Of a stretch of DNA of 64,000 nt, positions 27,326 to 37,218 are shown one piece after another. Both the position numbers and the translations under genes were made by a program. The notes under the pieces are model-generated. The model ran no database searches. It saw only the letters and a program-made list of their open reading frames with translations, and had not been told where the DNA came from. The stretch is taken from positions 5,682 through 69,681 of the forward strand of contig JAVCDC010000009.1 in assembly GCA_030765135.1 (NCBI GenBank), written 5' to 3'. How positions within the stretch are numbered: the first letter of the stretch is position 1; every line of letters begins with the position of its first letter. The stretch comes from Candidatus Tritonobacter lacicola (GTDB lineage Bacteria > Auribacterota > Tritonobacteria > Tritonobacterales > Tritonobacteraceae).

Positions 27326-27826
27326 TTATTTTGAGTCAATATAGTGGATTGCTTCGTCTATCACAGAAATATCCTTTATCTTAGAAGAAAAAATCTCACC
27401 TTTGATTTTTTCTATCTCGTCTATGCTTTCAACAATAAAATCTGAAAAGGTAAAGATGAACGGGTGAATCCAGTCCTCAACTAATTTTCCATGAAAGACC
27501 ACATTGGGACGCCTATGATGAGTATCTTTAGGAAGAATGGAAATAACCGGTTTATTAAAATACTTTGCAATAACGATTTCTTGGGCGGTTCCTACCCCAA
27601 GTATTTCTTCGGCGTTAACTATCACTAATGAACTATCTTTTATGTGTCTACAATCTTGGCCAACAACTGCTAAAAAATCACCTTCATCTAATTCTTTATG
27701 GTAGGGTTCGATGAAATCAGCTTCAAAAAATTTCTGCAGAAGTTGCTTGTATTTACTTCTCCAGTCATTAAATATTTTTGCTTCCGCGTCTCCTTTTGGG
27801 ACACTGCCTGCCAAATAAATTTTCAT
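27326..27826 (-). CDS. nucleoside 2-deoxyribosyltransferase-like (NDT/flavodoxin-like fold) protein
   Basis: N-terminal MKIYLAGS, and GVGTAQEIVIAKYFNKPVISI matching the NDT family core (D/S-GTxxExGxA...KPV). The gene and its flanks are conspicuously AT-rich compared with the rest of the window. Confidence 0.6.
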   Translation of the reverse strand: MKIYLAGSVPKGDAEAKIFNDWRSKYKQLLQKFFEADFIEPYHKELDEGDFLAVVGQDCRHIKDSSLVIVNAEEILGVGTAQEIVIAKYFNKPVISILPKDTHHRRPNVVFHGKLVEDWIHPFIFTFSDFIVESIDEIEKIKGEIFSSKIKDISVIDEAIHYIDSK

Positions 27827-27937
27827 AGTTTTTCTATTTTAACAAATCATCCCAAGGCAGTGCCGGATGCGGCTAAATCTGCCTTCGGCAGATTTGACGC
27901 AGAACCGCCCACCTTTCCCAACTTAAGTTCAAGAGTT

Positions 27938-28015
27938 GGTCGGGGCGCCGGGATTTGAACCCGGGGCCTCCTGCTCCCAAAGCAGGCGCGCTAAACCGGA
28001 CTGCGCCACGCCCCG
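27938..28015 (-). tRNA. tRNA-Pro (TGG)
   Basis: Reverse complement reads CGGGGCGTGGCGCAGTCCGGTTTAGCGCGCCTGCTTTGGGAGCAGGAGGCCCCGGGTTCAAATCCCGGCGCCCCGACCA. Anticodon loop TTTGGGA gives anticodon TGG; CCA is encoded. Confidence 0.8.
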
Positions 28016-28157
28016 ATTTTCTCCATACCATTAGGTTCTGCAATACTTTTTACTAATGAAACCGCCTTATTGCCCCCTCTTCACTTCGTTCATCGGGATC
28101 TAAGAATTTCATGGTATTTAGCTTCGCTACGCTCGCTAAATACCTGAACTTCTAAGA

Positions 28158-28191
28158 CGGACTGCGCCACGCCCCGATTTTCTCCATACCA
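28158..28191. repeat. 34-bp direct repeat of the tRNA-Pro 5' end plus upstream flank (second copy; first copy 27997..28030)
   Basis: CGGACTGCGCCACGCCCCGATTTTCTCCATACCA occurs identically at 27997..28030 and 28158..28191. Copy 1 spans the first ~19 nt of the tRNA (minus strand) plus 15 nt upstream. The ~127-bp spacer is AT-rich. Confidence 0.85.
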
Positions 28192-28229
28192 AGCCATATT
28201 ACCAATCGAGAGGAGCCCTTGAAAGCGCT

Positions 28230-28979
28230 TTATGGGCCGCCGGCCGCCGTGCTTTCTTTTATGAAGCTTTCCGCCACCTCGGCGATTGCAAGCTCCGACA
28301 TGACGGTTAACATCCTCACCGGGTCGGGATAGCCGGGAATCTTCTCTGTAAGGAGCTGCTGGGCGGCGAAGGGGTCGGCCATATTGAACGTGAATTCTTC
28401 CTCCAGAAACTGAAACGAGTTCAGATGGTGGTTCGCAAACCACAATATCTCTCCCGACCCGGAGTCCAGAAGCTCGACCTCAAACGTGACAAACGCGAAA
28501 GGGATAACCACCTCGCCCGAGCCGGCGCGCGCACTTTCCACGATCATCCCCATCCTCCCCCGGAAAACGGCGTCCACCCCGATGTCCCTGCACAGGTCAA
28601 CCACCTGCCTTCTGGTTGTCACCTCCAGCATGTCCGGGGGCAGCAGTGAGGCGATCCTTTCCGGGGGAATCACCTCGAAACCGCCTGACCTGGAGATCGA
28701 CGCTGAGAAGCGCCCGGCGGCATCGATCTCCACGATTCCCTGTGCCCCGCCGGTGGAATCCTCTTCCCACGGGGGCCCCTCCCCCACCATAAACGGCATG
28801 ACGCCGATACGCTTGAGGCGAAGGGGACTGAAGTCGACGGCGGCAACAACATCCGGCGCGAGCCTCTCCTGCGGCAGGAGGCCGAGATCGGTGGTCCTGC
28901 ATGACACGAACAGGCCAACGGCGGCCGCAAGGAAAGAAATCCCGGCTGCAGACAATATTATTCTCCCGGTAGCCGGCAT
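28230..28979 (-). CDS. secreted/periplasmic protein of unknown function
   Basis: Signal-like N-terminus (MPATGRIILSAAGISFLAAAVGLFVSC). No recognisable catalytic motif. Confidence 0.5.
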   Translation of the reverse strand: MPATGRIILSAAGISFLAAAVGLFVSCRTTDLGLLPQERLAPDVVAAVDFSPLRLKRIGVMPFMVGEGPPWEEDSTGGAQGIVEIDAAGRFSASISRSGGFEVIPPERIASLLPPDMLEVTTRRQVVDLCRDIGVDAVFRGRMGMIVESARAGSGEVVIPFAFVTFEVELLDSGSGEILWFANHHLNSFQFLEEEFTFNMADPFAAQQLLTEKIPGYPDPVRMLTVMSELAIAEVAESFIKESTAAGGP

Positions 28980-28991
28980 TTAATCCATGCT

Positions 28992-31091
28992 CTATTTGCC
29001 CATGGCCTCTTTGCGGGTTATCAACATTTCCTTCGCGATAGATGCGCGCGCTCCGTCCGGCCGGAGCCGGAGATAACTGCAGCAGTGTTCGATTGCTTTC
29101 TTCGGTTTTCCCAGCCGATCACCGTAAATTTTCGCCAGGTCAATATGGACCTCCGCAAAATCGGAGTCCAGTTCCAGCGCCTTCTCATACTCCCGTATCG
29201 CCTCGCTGAACATATTTCTCCTTGCGTAGCACACGGCGATATTATTGTGGAGAAGCGGGGAGCCGGGCTCTTCCTCTATCGCCCTGATGTACGCTTCTAT
29301 GGCGGGAACATACTCCGCACACCGATGATGGAGGATGGCGATCTTCCTCGACAGTCCCTTTGCCGATGGATCAAGCAGGATGGCCTCCCTGTAGGCCGAG
29401 AGGGCATCCCCCTCCTTTCCTGTTTCACAGCACAAGTTGCCCAGCTCCACAAAGGCGGGCGCATCCCGCCCCCCCTGCTCGACATATCGTTTCAGTTCCT
29501 CTATGGCGGCGTCTTTTTTGCCCGCCGCCATGTGAAGAGCGATCAGTCTTTTCCTTATATCATTCGCCGCGGGCGCGCGCTGGATGGCCCGTTTCAAGGT
29601 GGACGCCGCCTTATCGGCCTCCCCGGCTGTCTCGTACATGTCGGCCAGCTTAATGTAAACGTCCATTCTATCCGTTCCGTGTTGGACGGCCTCTTCGAGG
29701 CTTTTAACCGCCCCTTCGATATCGCCCCTCGACTCCTGACAGGAAGCGATGTGGGAGAGAGCCTGCGCCGATGACGGCTGGATACCCAGCGCTTTTCTGA
29801 AAAGCTCCTCCGCCCTCTCCATACTGCCCTCCTCGGTTGATATAATCCCGAGACCGATCAGGGAATCAACATTGTCCGGGACCCTCTCCAGGACGCTCTC
29901 GTAAGCCCTCCGCGCACCGGTGTAATCGCCCATCTTGACGTAGCAGCGCCCCATTTCATTAGCGAGCCGGGTGGATCCGGGAAACCTGGCCGCGCCAAGG
30001 GCCAGAATATCAACCGCGCTCTTCGTGTCCTGCCTTTCCTCCTCGTAAAGCCCGGCCAGCTCGAGGTACGGGCCTGTATCGGAGGGCTCTCCACCGATTA
30101 CTTTCTCGTAGCAGGCTATGGCTCCCTTCTTGTCGCCCGCCATGGATTTGATCCTTGCGTAAAGCTCGTCCAGGCCGGGGTAATCCATGCTCCGCTTCAT
30201 TATAAAATCAAGCTCTGAAAGGGCTCTTGCCGCCGACCCGCGTTCGGCGTGAATTCGTGCCATCTGGAACCTTGAGTAGAGGTCTCCCGGGTCCGCCGAG
30301 AGAACGGCGCCGTACTCCCTCAAGGCCTCGGCGTAGCGCTTCTGTTCGAAGTAGGCGTCGGCCAGCCTCTGGCGGATTGCCGTGTTGCCCGGAGCCTCCC
30401 TCAATGCCTCGTCGTACTGTTCAATCGCCGTGAGATATCTTCCGTCCTTGCTGTAGATATCCCCCATATCGGAATGGCTGGCGGCCCGGTACCTGGCCCA
30501 GTATTTCTCCATCTTCCCCCTGTCCACGATGTTCTCCGAGTAGATGAGGCCGAGCTGAAAATTGGCCCGGGGGTGGCCTGGATCGAGCTTCAGGACCATC
30601 TCGTATTCCCGGCACGCGTCTGTATAAAGGCCCTTTTCGTAGAAGCCGTCGGCCCGGCGGCACAGTTCCTCGACAAGGCCTGAGTAAGCCCCCTCGGCTG
30701 CAGATCCCCTCCTGCCCACGGCCTCTGCGGACACATCGGATGGTATTGCCTCGTCGCCGCCGGTTCCTTTCTCGATTTCCCCGGAAATCCGCTTTATATT
30801 GCTCATGCACTCGGCAGCGCGTGACCCGACAATCTCCGGGAACCATCCGGGGCTCACGGCGCCGGTCCTTTCCAGCCATTCGAGAGCGGACTTGTAATTT
30901 TCAAGGACCGCGAGCCTGTCCCCACTGCATTCCGATTCGACGGCCTTCTGGGCGGCCTCCAGATATTTCTTGTAGAGTTCGATAGGATCTCCGGCGGCGC
31001 GAATGGGCATGATCAGGGAAAGCAGCACCAGGAGAAGGAAAAAACCGGGCGGGAGGCCTCTCCCGATGGAATCGATGCCTCTCACATCCAT
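28992..31091 (-). CDS. large TPR-repeat protein (699 aa), secreted
   Basis: Signal peptide, then >12 TPR-like units with the classical W-LG-Y / A-F-A-P pattern ([42 protein letters not shown]... etc.). Confidence 0.8.
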   Translation of the reverse strand: MDVRGIDSIGRGLPPGFFLLLVLLSLIMPIRAAGDPIELYKKYLEAAQKAVESECSGDRLAVLENYKSALEWLERTGAVSPGWFPEIVGSRAAECMSNIKRISGEIEKGTGGDEAIPSDVSAEAVGRRGSAAEGAYSGLVEELCRRADGFYEKGLYTDACREYEMVLKLDPGHPRANFQLGLIYSENIVDRGKMEKYWARYRAASHSDMGDIYSKDGRYLTAIEQYDEALREAPGNTAIRQRLADAYFEQKRYAEALREYGAVLSADPGDLYSRFQMARIHAERGSAARALSELDFIMKRSMDYPGLDELYARIKSMAGDKKGAIACYEKVIGGEPSDTGPYLELAGLYEEERQDTKSAVDILALGAARFPGSTRLANEMGRCYVKMGDYTGARRAYESVLERVPDNVDSLIGLGIISTEEGSMERAEELFRKALGIQPSSAQALSHIASCQESRGDIEGAVKSLEEAVQHGTDRMDVYIKLADMYETAGEADKAASTLKRAIQRAPAANDIRKRLIALHMAAGKKDAAIEELKRYVEQGGRDAPAFVELGNLCCETGKEGDALSAYREAILLDPSAKGLSRKIAILHHRCAEYVPAIEAYIRAIEEEPGSPLLHNNIAVCYARRNMFSEAIREYEKALELDSDFAEVHIDLAKIYGDRLGKPKKAIEHCCSYLRLRPDGARASIAKEMLITRKEAMGK

Positions 31092-32638
31092 AGATTTCTG
31101 TCCAGGCTCCGGTACTGGATCGATTCTGAAATATGGCTCTCCGAAATCCTGCCGGCCCCTTCCAGGTCGGCTATCGTTCTGGCCACCTTCAAGATCCGCG
31201 TATAGGCGCGAGCGCTTATGCCCAGCTCCTCTATAGCCTGCCTTAAAATTTGCCGGACACCACTATCTATGCGGCAGTATCTCCTGAGGTGCCGCGAGCC
31301 CATTTGTGAGTTGCACCAAACGCCCTGTGAACGGAATCTTTCGTTCTGAATATTCCTCGCGCGGGAGATCCGCTCCCGCACCTCGGCGGAAGGCCCCGAC
31401 GTACTGTCCGAGAGGATCTCCTCCTGCCCGAGGGGCGGAACGTCGACGTGGATGTCGATCCTGTCGAGGAGAGGCCCGGAGATCTTCGAGATGTACCGCT
31501 GTATCTGGACGGGTGTGCACCTGCATGCTTTGGTCGGATGCGTGAAGTAGCCGCACGGGCACGGGTTCATCGCGGCGACAAGCATGAACCTGGCGGGAAA
31601 GGTGATGCTTCCCACCGCCCTCGATATGGTGACGACTCCGTCCTCGAGGGGCTGCCGCAGGACCTCCAGGACGTTCCTCTTGAACTCGGGAAGCTCATCG
31701 AGGAAGAGGACGCCGTTATGCGCGAGGCTGACCTCGCCCGGCTTGGGATACGCCCCTCCCCCGACCATACCAGCGTCGCTAACCGTATGATGGGGGCTCC
31801 TGAACGGCCTCGTGCCCAGAATAGACCTTCCCGGGCCCATGAATCCCATTATGCTGTGAACCCTTGTCGTCTCCAGCGCCTCCTCCAGCCCCGGCAAAGG
31901 CATGATCGATGGGATTCTCTTCGCGAGCATCGTCTTTCCCGCCCCCGGAGGCCCGATCATGATAAGGTTGTGCCCGCCGGCCACGGCGACCTCGAGGGCC
32001 CTCTTGACGTGGGCCTGGCCCTTCACGTCGGCCAGATCCACGCCGTACTTGCGGGACTCCTGGAACTCACTCTCTAGTTCCAGCGAGGCGGGCTCTATCG
32101 ACAGGTTACCCTCGAGAAACCTGACCACTTCCACCAGGTGGCCGAGGGGGAAGACGTCGATCCCCTTGACCACGGCTGCCTCCGCGCAGTTGTCCCCGGG
32201 GACGATAAGGCCTCTCCTGCCGGCGCCGCGCGCCGCCATGGCAATGGGAAGCACCCCTTTTACCGGCCTTATCGAGCCGTCCAGGGCAAGCTCGCCGAGC
32301 ACGATATAGTCGCCGTAACTGCTCCCCCTGAGCTGCCCGGTGGAGGCGAGAAGGCCGATGGCAATGGGGAGGTCGAAGCTCGGCCCCTCCTTCTTGATGT
32401 CGGCGGGGGCGAGGTTGATCGTGATCTTTCTGCCCGGATGCTTGAAGCCTGAGTTCCTGAGGGCGGCCCTGACCCGGTCTTTGCTCTCCCGGACGGCAGC
32501 ATCGGGCAAGCCCACCATGACCGTCCCGGGCAGGCCCTCGGATACGTCGACCTCGATTTCGACGACATAGGCGTCGACCCCGAAGGTAGCACTCGAATAG
32601 ACCTTGGAAAGCAAGACAAGGCTCCTTATCCCTGACAC
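31082..32638 (-). CDS. YifB/ComM-family Mg-chelatase-like AAA+ ATPase
   Basis: N-terminal Lon-like/ChlI N-domain ([19 protein letters not shown]). Walker A ([17 protein letters not shown]). Walker B/sensor ([10 protein letters not shown]). C-terminal ChlI C-terminal helical domain. Confidence 0.9.
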   Translation of the reverse strand: MSGIRSLVLLSKVYSSATFGVDAYVVEIEVDVSEGLPGTVMVGLPDAAVRESKDRVRAALRNSGFKHPGRKITINLAPADIKKEGPSFDLPIAIGLLASTGQLRGSSYGDYIVLGELALDGSIRPVKGVLPIAMAARGAGRRGLIVPGDNCAEAAVVKGIDVFPLGHLVEVVRFLEGNLSIEPASLELESEFQESRKYGVDLADVKGQAHVKRALEVAVAGGHNLIMIGPPGAGKTMLAKRIPSIMPLPGLEEALETTRVHSIMGFMGPGRSILGTRPFRSPHHTVSDAGMVGGGAYPKPGEVSLAHNGVLFLDELPEFKRNVLEVLRQPLEDGVVTISRAVGSITFPARFMLVAAMNPCPCGYFTHPTKACRCTPVQIQRYISKISGPLLDRIDIHVDVPPLGQEEILSDSTSGPSAEVRERISRARNIQNERFRSQGVWCNSQMGSRHLRRYCRIDSGVRQILRQAIEELGISARAYTRILKVARTIADLEGAGRISESHISESIQYRSLDRNLWM

Positions 32639-32731
32639 GGACAGATTAAGTATTGCCTATAAACAGACGATGCGTCAAGGCGATAAGGACCAGGCACAGG
32701 CATCGAAACCCGGGCCCGGCTGAAGGAGCAC

Positions 32732-33643
32732 TTATTTTTTCCACTTCTTCAGCATTCGCCCCTTCAGCTTGGGAATCAAGCCCAGCACCCCGTATTTTTC
32801 AAACCGCCTGTATGTCAGGTAGAACAATTCGCGGGTGAACCCGAACTTGTTGCATATCTGTCCGATATGGGGCTTCCCGTTGGTGGCAGCCGCCCTCATC
32901 ATCTCGAGCTTGACCTGTATCCTGTCGTTCGGATTGATGAGATTTTTCAACGTGTATCTCTTGGCCTTCGTGATCTTTCCTTCCCCAGGCTGCTGCCCCG
33001 GCTGGAGGACCTTCTTGTGTTCGAGGCGGACCTTCCCCCCCAGCTCCTTCTGCAGCCCGATGTGGGATTTTCCAAAAAGCCCGTACACGCCGAACTTTTT
33101 CATCCTTCTGTCGAAGACATAGAAATCATGGCGGCTGAAGCCGAAGAGCCGGCTCATCTTGTTTATATCCGCCCCGGGCGTCGCGTATATGCCCCTGACG
33201 AACTCGTATCTCCTGAGGATCTCGTCGGTTTCAATCGGATAGCTGTACTTTCCGTTCCTCCAGATCAACCGGGAAAAATGGGAGCGTATGTTGGCGTCGA
33301 CCCTCTCCAGCAGTTTTTTCGCGCTGAAAGGCTTGCAGATGTAATCGGATGCGCCGCGCTTCATCACCTCGACGGCCACCTCCTCGGAGCCCCTCCCGGT
33401 CAGCATGATTACCACCACCTCGGGCATGAACTTTTTCACCTCGGTGAGCACTTCGATTCCATCGATGATGGGCATCGCATAATCCAGGATGATGACCATC
33501 GGTGACCTCTCGCGGACAATCGCCAGACCCTCTACGGAATCGGTCGCAAAAAAGGCGTCGTACCTGGCTTCCTTAAAGAGATCCTGCAGCAGCTGGCAGA
33601 GTTCTATCTCGTCGTCGATTATCAAAATTTTCTTTTTCGCCAT
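32732..33643 (-). CDS. atypical response regulator: receiver domain fused to tandem MerR-type HTH-like repeats
   Basis: Receiver motifs (KILIIDDE...VIILDYAMPIIDGIEVL...MLTGRGSEEVAVEVMKRGASDYICKPF). C-terminal half contains two ~33-aa repeats (INKMSRLFGFSRHDFYVFDRRMKKFGVYGLFGK / IGQICNKFGFTRELFYLTYRRFEKYGVLGLIPK) resembling MerR/excisionase HTH cores (GVSxxTLRYYExxGLL). Confidence 0.7.
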   Translation of the reverse strand: MAKKKILIIDDEIELCQLLQDLFKEARYDAFFATDSVEGLAIVRERSPMVIILDYAMPIIDGIEVLTEVKKFMPEVVVIMLTGRGSEEVAVEVMKRGASDYICKPFSAKKLLERVDANIRSHFSRLIWRNGKYSYPIETDEILRRYEFVRGIYATPGADINKMSRLFGFSRHDFYVFDRRMKKFGVYGLFGKSHIGLQKELGGKVRLEHKKVLQPGQQPGEGKITKAKRYTLKNLINPNDRIQVKLEMMRAAATNGKPHIGQICNKFGFTRELFYLTYRRFEKYGVLGLIPKLKGRMLKKWKK

Positions 33644-33783
33644 AACTTCATCTCCTTGCTATATCGCTTGAGACCCGACCGCGCCGGCCAGGAGCGTTGC
33701 TGCCCTTCGCCGGTGCTCGAGTCCCGTCCCAATGTTACCATATTTTCTGCGCCGGGCCTGTTCCAAACAAGCCTTATTCCAGT

Positions 33784-34404
33784 TCACCGCTTTTTATCGC
33801 CGACCCTTTCCTTGACCTGCGCGACGATCTGCTCGCAACCCTTCCTGGCCAGATCATAAGGCTTGGCAGTATCGTCCATCCGGAACTCGCCCCGCCACAT
33901 GGTCTCGCCCGTGTGCGCGTCGACCATCTTCATCCGGACCGAGACCCTCGACTGCCTGAGTGTCCCGTAAAGGTACGTGTAGTATTCGACGACGTCGCCG
34001 ACGACCAGCGCGTCGGCCCTCAGGGCGCTGCTGATGTCCTTCACCTCCCGTTCGGAGAGGAAGCCCGACACTGGCTCGGGATAGATTTTATCGAGCTCCT
34101 CCTTCACCGCGGAGGGCCCTTTGACCTGAAGCTTGCTGACCCGGGACAGGCGGTTCGCGAACAGGCCGGAGACTATCATTCCGGAGTCCTTCGGCCACTT
34201 CTGTTTCACGCCGAATATACAGCGCCGCCCCTCGTGGGTCTCGTCGAATGGAACAACGGCGACACGGTCCACCCATGTATATTTCCCGAGCCGGGGATCG
34301 ACATCGACCCTTATGACGTTTTCGTTCATGTTCCTCATGCAGCCGGCCGAGAACGCGGCCACGAGAAACACCTTAACCGTTATACTCAAATGCTCCTTCA
34401 ACAT
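33784..34404 (-). CDS. putative lipoprotein of unknown function
   Basis: ORF 33784..34428. Likely start MLKEHLSITVKVFLVAAFSAGC (lipobox-like SAGC). No catalytic motifs. Confidence 0.5.
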   Translation of the reverse strand: MLKEHLSITVKVFLVAAFSAGCMRNMNENVIRVDVDPRLGKYTWVDRVAVVPFDETHEGRRCIFGVKQKWPKDSGMIVSGLFANRLSRVSKLQVKGPSAVKEELDKIYPEPVSGFLSEREVKDISSALRADALVVGDVVEYYTYLYGTLRQSRVSVRMKMVDAHTGETMWRGEFRMDDTAKPYDLARKGCEQIVAQVKERVGDKKR

Positions 34405-34732
34405 GCTCCGCCGCCTTTCCTCCGACAAACGTCAGGACGTCAAACCGGCACTCCCTGTCCTCCAGGCCGAACCTCGCGATATAATGGCTTGCCGCTTTCG
34501 CTATCCTGCGCCTCTTCTTCCTGTCAACAACCTCGAGGGGGTCACCGTGGCCGAGGCGGGACCTCGCCTTTACCTCGACGAACACGATGCTTTCCCCGTC
34601 CCGGGCGATGATATCGATCTCCCCCTGGGGAGTACGGTAATTTCTCGCCAGTATGCGAAATCCTTTCCTCCTGAGAAGACGAACGGCCGACCGCTCGGCC
34701 TCTCTGCCGCGTTCAACCGACGTTCTCCTCAC
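34373..34732 (-). CDS. yraN: YraN-family (UPF0102) endonuclease-like protein
   Basis: GEIDIIARDGESIVFVEVKAR (PD-(D/E)xK-like E-V-K motif). 119 aa, in the conserved position next to rnhB. Confidence 0.8.
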   Translation of the reverse strand: MRRTSVERGREAERSAVRLLRRKGFRILARNYRTPQGEIDIIARDGESIVFVEVKARSRLGHGDPLEVVDRKKRRRIAKAASHYIARFGLEDRECRFDVLTFVGGKAAEHVEGAFEYNG

Positions 34733-35303
34733 TCAACATACCCTTCAGCGGTTCAAAGCTCCGCCTGTGCACCCGGCAAGGCCCGAACGCCCTGAGCCGG
34801 GCGATGTGGTCCGGCGTGCCGTATCCCTTGTTTCTCCGGAACCCGTACGCCGGAAAAATCCTGTCATACAGCAGCATAATCTCGTCCCGGGTGACCTTAG
34901 CCACTATGGACGCCGCCCCGATCACCTCGCAGAGGGAATCCCCGCCTATCACCGGTGTATGTGGCACCTGAAAGGACCCAATGTCGGGGCCGTCCACAAG
35001 AACGTTAGCGGGCCGCGTGCCGATATCATCGAGGGCTTTTCTCATGGAAAGAAGGGTTGCATTCCGGATATTGAGGCGGTCGATGACATCGGCATCGCCA
35101 ACCCCCACGCCTATCTTCACGCGATCGTCCTCCACAAGCCTTGTGTATATCTCCTTCCTTTTCCCCGGAGAGAGCGTCTTCGAGTCGGCTATCCCCTCGA
35201 TCCCGTGGGATGGCGGCAGGATCACAGCCGCAGCCACGACGGGACCCGCCAGCGGGCCGCGGCCCGCCTCATCAATACCGGCCGTCATCCCGGCCCGGTT
35301 CAA
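34713..35303 (-). CDS. rnhB: ribonuclease HII
   Basis: [21 protein letters not shown] (catalytic DEAGRGP motif). Conserved C-terminal ...[14 protein letters not shown]. Confidence 0.9.
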   Translation of the reverse strand: MNRAGMTAGIDEAGRGPLAGPVVAAAVILPPSHGIEGIADSKTLSPGKRKEIYTRLVEDDRVKIGVGVGDADVIDRLNIRNATLLSMRKALDDIGTRPANVLVDGPDIGSFQVPHTPVIGGDSLCEVIGAASIVAKVTRDEIMLLYDRIFPAYGFRRNKGYGTPDHIARLRAFGPCRVHRRSFEPLKGMLSEENVG

Positions 35304-35641
35304 CCCACTCTTTCCTTCACCTTCGCCTTCTTCCCGGATCTGCTCCTCAGGTAATAGAGCTTTGCCCTCCTGACCTTGCCCTTCCTCGTAACCTCGATCC
35401 GGGCTATTCGGGGGGAGTGAAGGTAGAAGGTACGCTCGACGCCCTCGCCGAACGATATCCTCCTCAGGACGATCGTCTCTTTAACATCCCGTCCCTTCCT
35501 CCCTATCAGGGTGCCCTGAAAAACCTGAATTCTCTCGCGGTCACCCTCAATAATCTTCAGGTGAACCGCAAGCGTGTCTCCTATCCTGAAGGCGGGCAAA
35601 TCCGTCCTCAGTTGTTCTTTCTCCAGAAACTCTAGCTTCAT
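35300..35641 (-). CDS. rplS: 50S ribosomal protein L19
   Basis: [55 protein letters not shown], the L19 signature. Confidence 0.92.
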   Translation of the reverse strand: MKLEFLEKEQLRTDLPAFRIGDTLAVHLKIIEGDRERIQVFQGTLIGRKGRDVKETIVLRRISFGEGVERTFYLHSPRIARIEVTRKGKVRRAKLYYLRSRSGKKAKVKERVG

Positions 35642-35715
35642 TTTTAACCCCTGAGTGTTAACTGGTACATTTAGAAATAAAAACCGCCCTGGTCGCAGCT
35701 CAATATCTTCCAGCG

Positions 35716-36498
35716 CTAATCATCACCCTCTTTTTCGAGTACTAGTTCTTCTTTCGCCTGCTCCAGAAGCTCACTGTCATCATCTGCGAGGTTATACCGC
35801 CGGAGCAAATCCGGCCTCCTGGAGACCGTTCTCTTAAAGGCCTCTTTCCTTCTCCATCTCCGGATGGATTCGTGGTCTCCTGAAAGGAGTACTTCCGGCA
35901 CCGTCCTCCCCTCGTAATCGGGGGGTCTCGTGTAGCTCGGGTAGTCCAGCAGCCCGCTCGTGAACGAATCGTTCGCAACGGAAAGCGGCTCGCCGACAGC
36001 GCCGGGCAGCAGTCGCGTAACGGCATCGACAATGACCATGGCTGCGAGAGATCCCCCCGTCAAAACGAAGTCGCCTATAGATATCTCATCCGATACAAGG
36101 TTTTGCCTCACCCGCTCGTCCACCCCCTCGTAATACCCGCATAACAGCAGTAGGTGCTCCTCGCGCGACAGGGCCAGCGCAGTCTCCTGGTCGAACCTCC
36201 TGCCCTGCGGCGACAGGAGTATGACGCGGGACGAGGGCCTTCTCAGGCTTCTCACGGCCCTGAAGATCGGGTCCGGCATCATCACCATGCCGCCGCCGCC
36301 GCCGTAGGGCCTGTCGTCAACCGTGCGCCTCCTGTCATCCACGTGGTTGCGCAGGTCGTTGACGGCTACCCTGACGAGGCCCCTGTCTATCGCCCGGCGT
36401 ACGATGCTCTCTTCGAACGGCCCCCTGAACATACCGGGGAAAATGGTGATTATATCTATCTCAAGCACGGCAGGAACAACCGGCGCGTCAAATCGCAT
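35716..36498 (-). CDS. trmD: tRNA (guanine37-N1)-methyltransferase
   Basis: [11 protein letters not shown]...[21 protein letters not shown]...[13 protein letters not shown], the TrmD SPOUT knot motifs. Confidence 0.92.
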   Translation of the reverse strand: MRFDAPVVPAVLEIDIITIFPGMFRGPFEESIVRRAIDRGLVRVAVNDLRNHVDDRRRTVDDRPYGGGGGMVMMPDPIFRAVRSLRRPSSRVILLSPQGRRFDQETALALSREEHLLLLCGYYEGVDERVRQNLVSDEISIGDFVLTGGSLAAMVIVDAVTRLLPGAVGEPLSVANDSFTSGLLDYPSYTRPPDYEGRTVPEVLLSGDHESIRRWRRKEAFKRTVSRRPDLLRRYNLADDDSELLEQAKEELVLEKEGDD

Positions 36499-36519
36499 CT
36501 TCGCCCCGACTCGATAACG

Positions 36520-36756
36520 TTATTCAACAATCTCCAGCATCGACCTGATGCCGGCTCTGGCGGCTACGGCACCAACCAGCGTCCTCAATGACCTTATCGT
36601 CCTGCCGTTTTTGCCGATAACCTTCCCGACATCCGAAGGGTTGACCCTGATCTCGAACACGGTAACCTTCTCGCCTTCCACGCAGGTCACCGACAACTCC
36701 TCCGGATTATCAACAAGGTGCCTGACGATATCTTCCACGAACACGTTGATTTCCAT
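36520..36756 (-). CDS. KH-domain RNA-binding protein (UPF0109/YlqC-like)
   Basis: VGKVIGKNGRTIRSLRTLV, the KH GxxG loop. 78 aa, between rpsP and trmD as in Firmicute ylqC. Confidence 0.85.
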   Translation of the reverse strand: MEINVFVEDIVRHLVDNPEELSVTCVEGEKVTVFEIRVNPSDVGKVIGKNGRTIRSLRTLVGAVAARAGIRSMLEIVE

Positions 36757-36764
36757 ATCTCGAT

Positions 36765-37028
36765 CTACCTCCTTCCGGGCACCTTTGACAGGACCCCTAG
36801 CTTCTTGAAAAAAGACGAGACTGTCTCCGTCGGCCGGGCACCCTGCCCCAGCCAGTAGAGAGCGCGATCCTCTTTTAGCCGTACGTTTTCTTCACTCGCC
36901 AGCGGATCGTAATATCCTATCTCCTCTATAAACTTGCCGTCGCGGGGAGCCCTGGCGTCGGCAACTACGATCCTGAAAAAGGGCCTGTTCCTGGAACCCA
37001 TCCTTTTCAACCTTATTCTTACAGCCAT
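36765..37028 (-). CDS. rpsP: 30S ribosomal protein S16
   Basis: [42 protein letters not shown]. Confidence 0.92.
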   Translation of the reverse strand: MAVRIRLKRMGSRNRPFFRIVVADARAPRDGKFIEEIGYYDPLASEENVRLKEDRALYWLGQGARPTETVSSFFKKLGVLSKVPGRR

Positions 37029-37097
37029 AGATTCTCCTTCATTTCTGCAAAATTCGCCGGCGGCACCGGCAGACCCGAATCACACCAGCTGGGTATT

Positions 37098-37140
37098 ATC
37101 ACAAATTATAATCTTTACGTCAATATATACAACAAAAAAT
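37098..37140 (-). promoter_or_regulatory. candidate sigma70-type promoter for the rpsP operon
   Basis: AT-rich patch in a GC-rich intergene. Minus-strand reading gives TTGTTG (-35), ~18-nt spacer, TATAAT (-10), about 70 nt upstream of the rpsP start. By eye only. Confidence 0.3.
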
Positions 37141-37218
37141 GTTTGACGACCACCCGCAAGCACCCTCCTCATGAAAACCGCTCAAATCGCAACTCTCCGC
37201 AGCCCCGGTCCCCATCAA

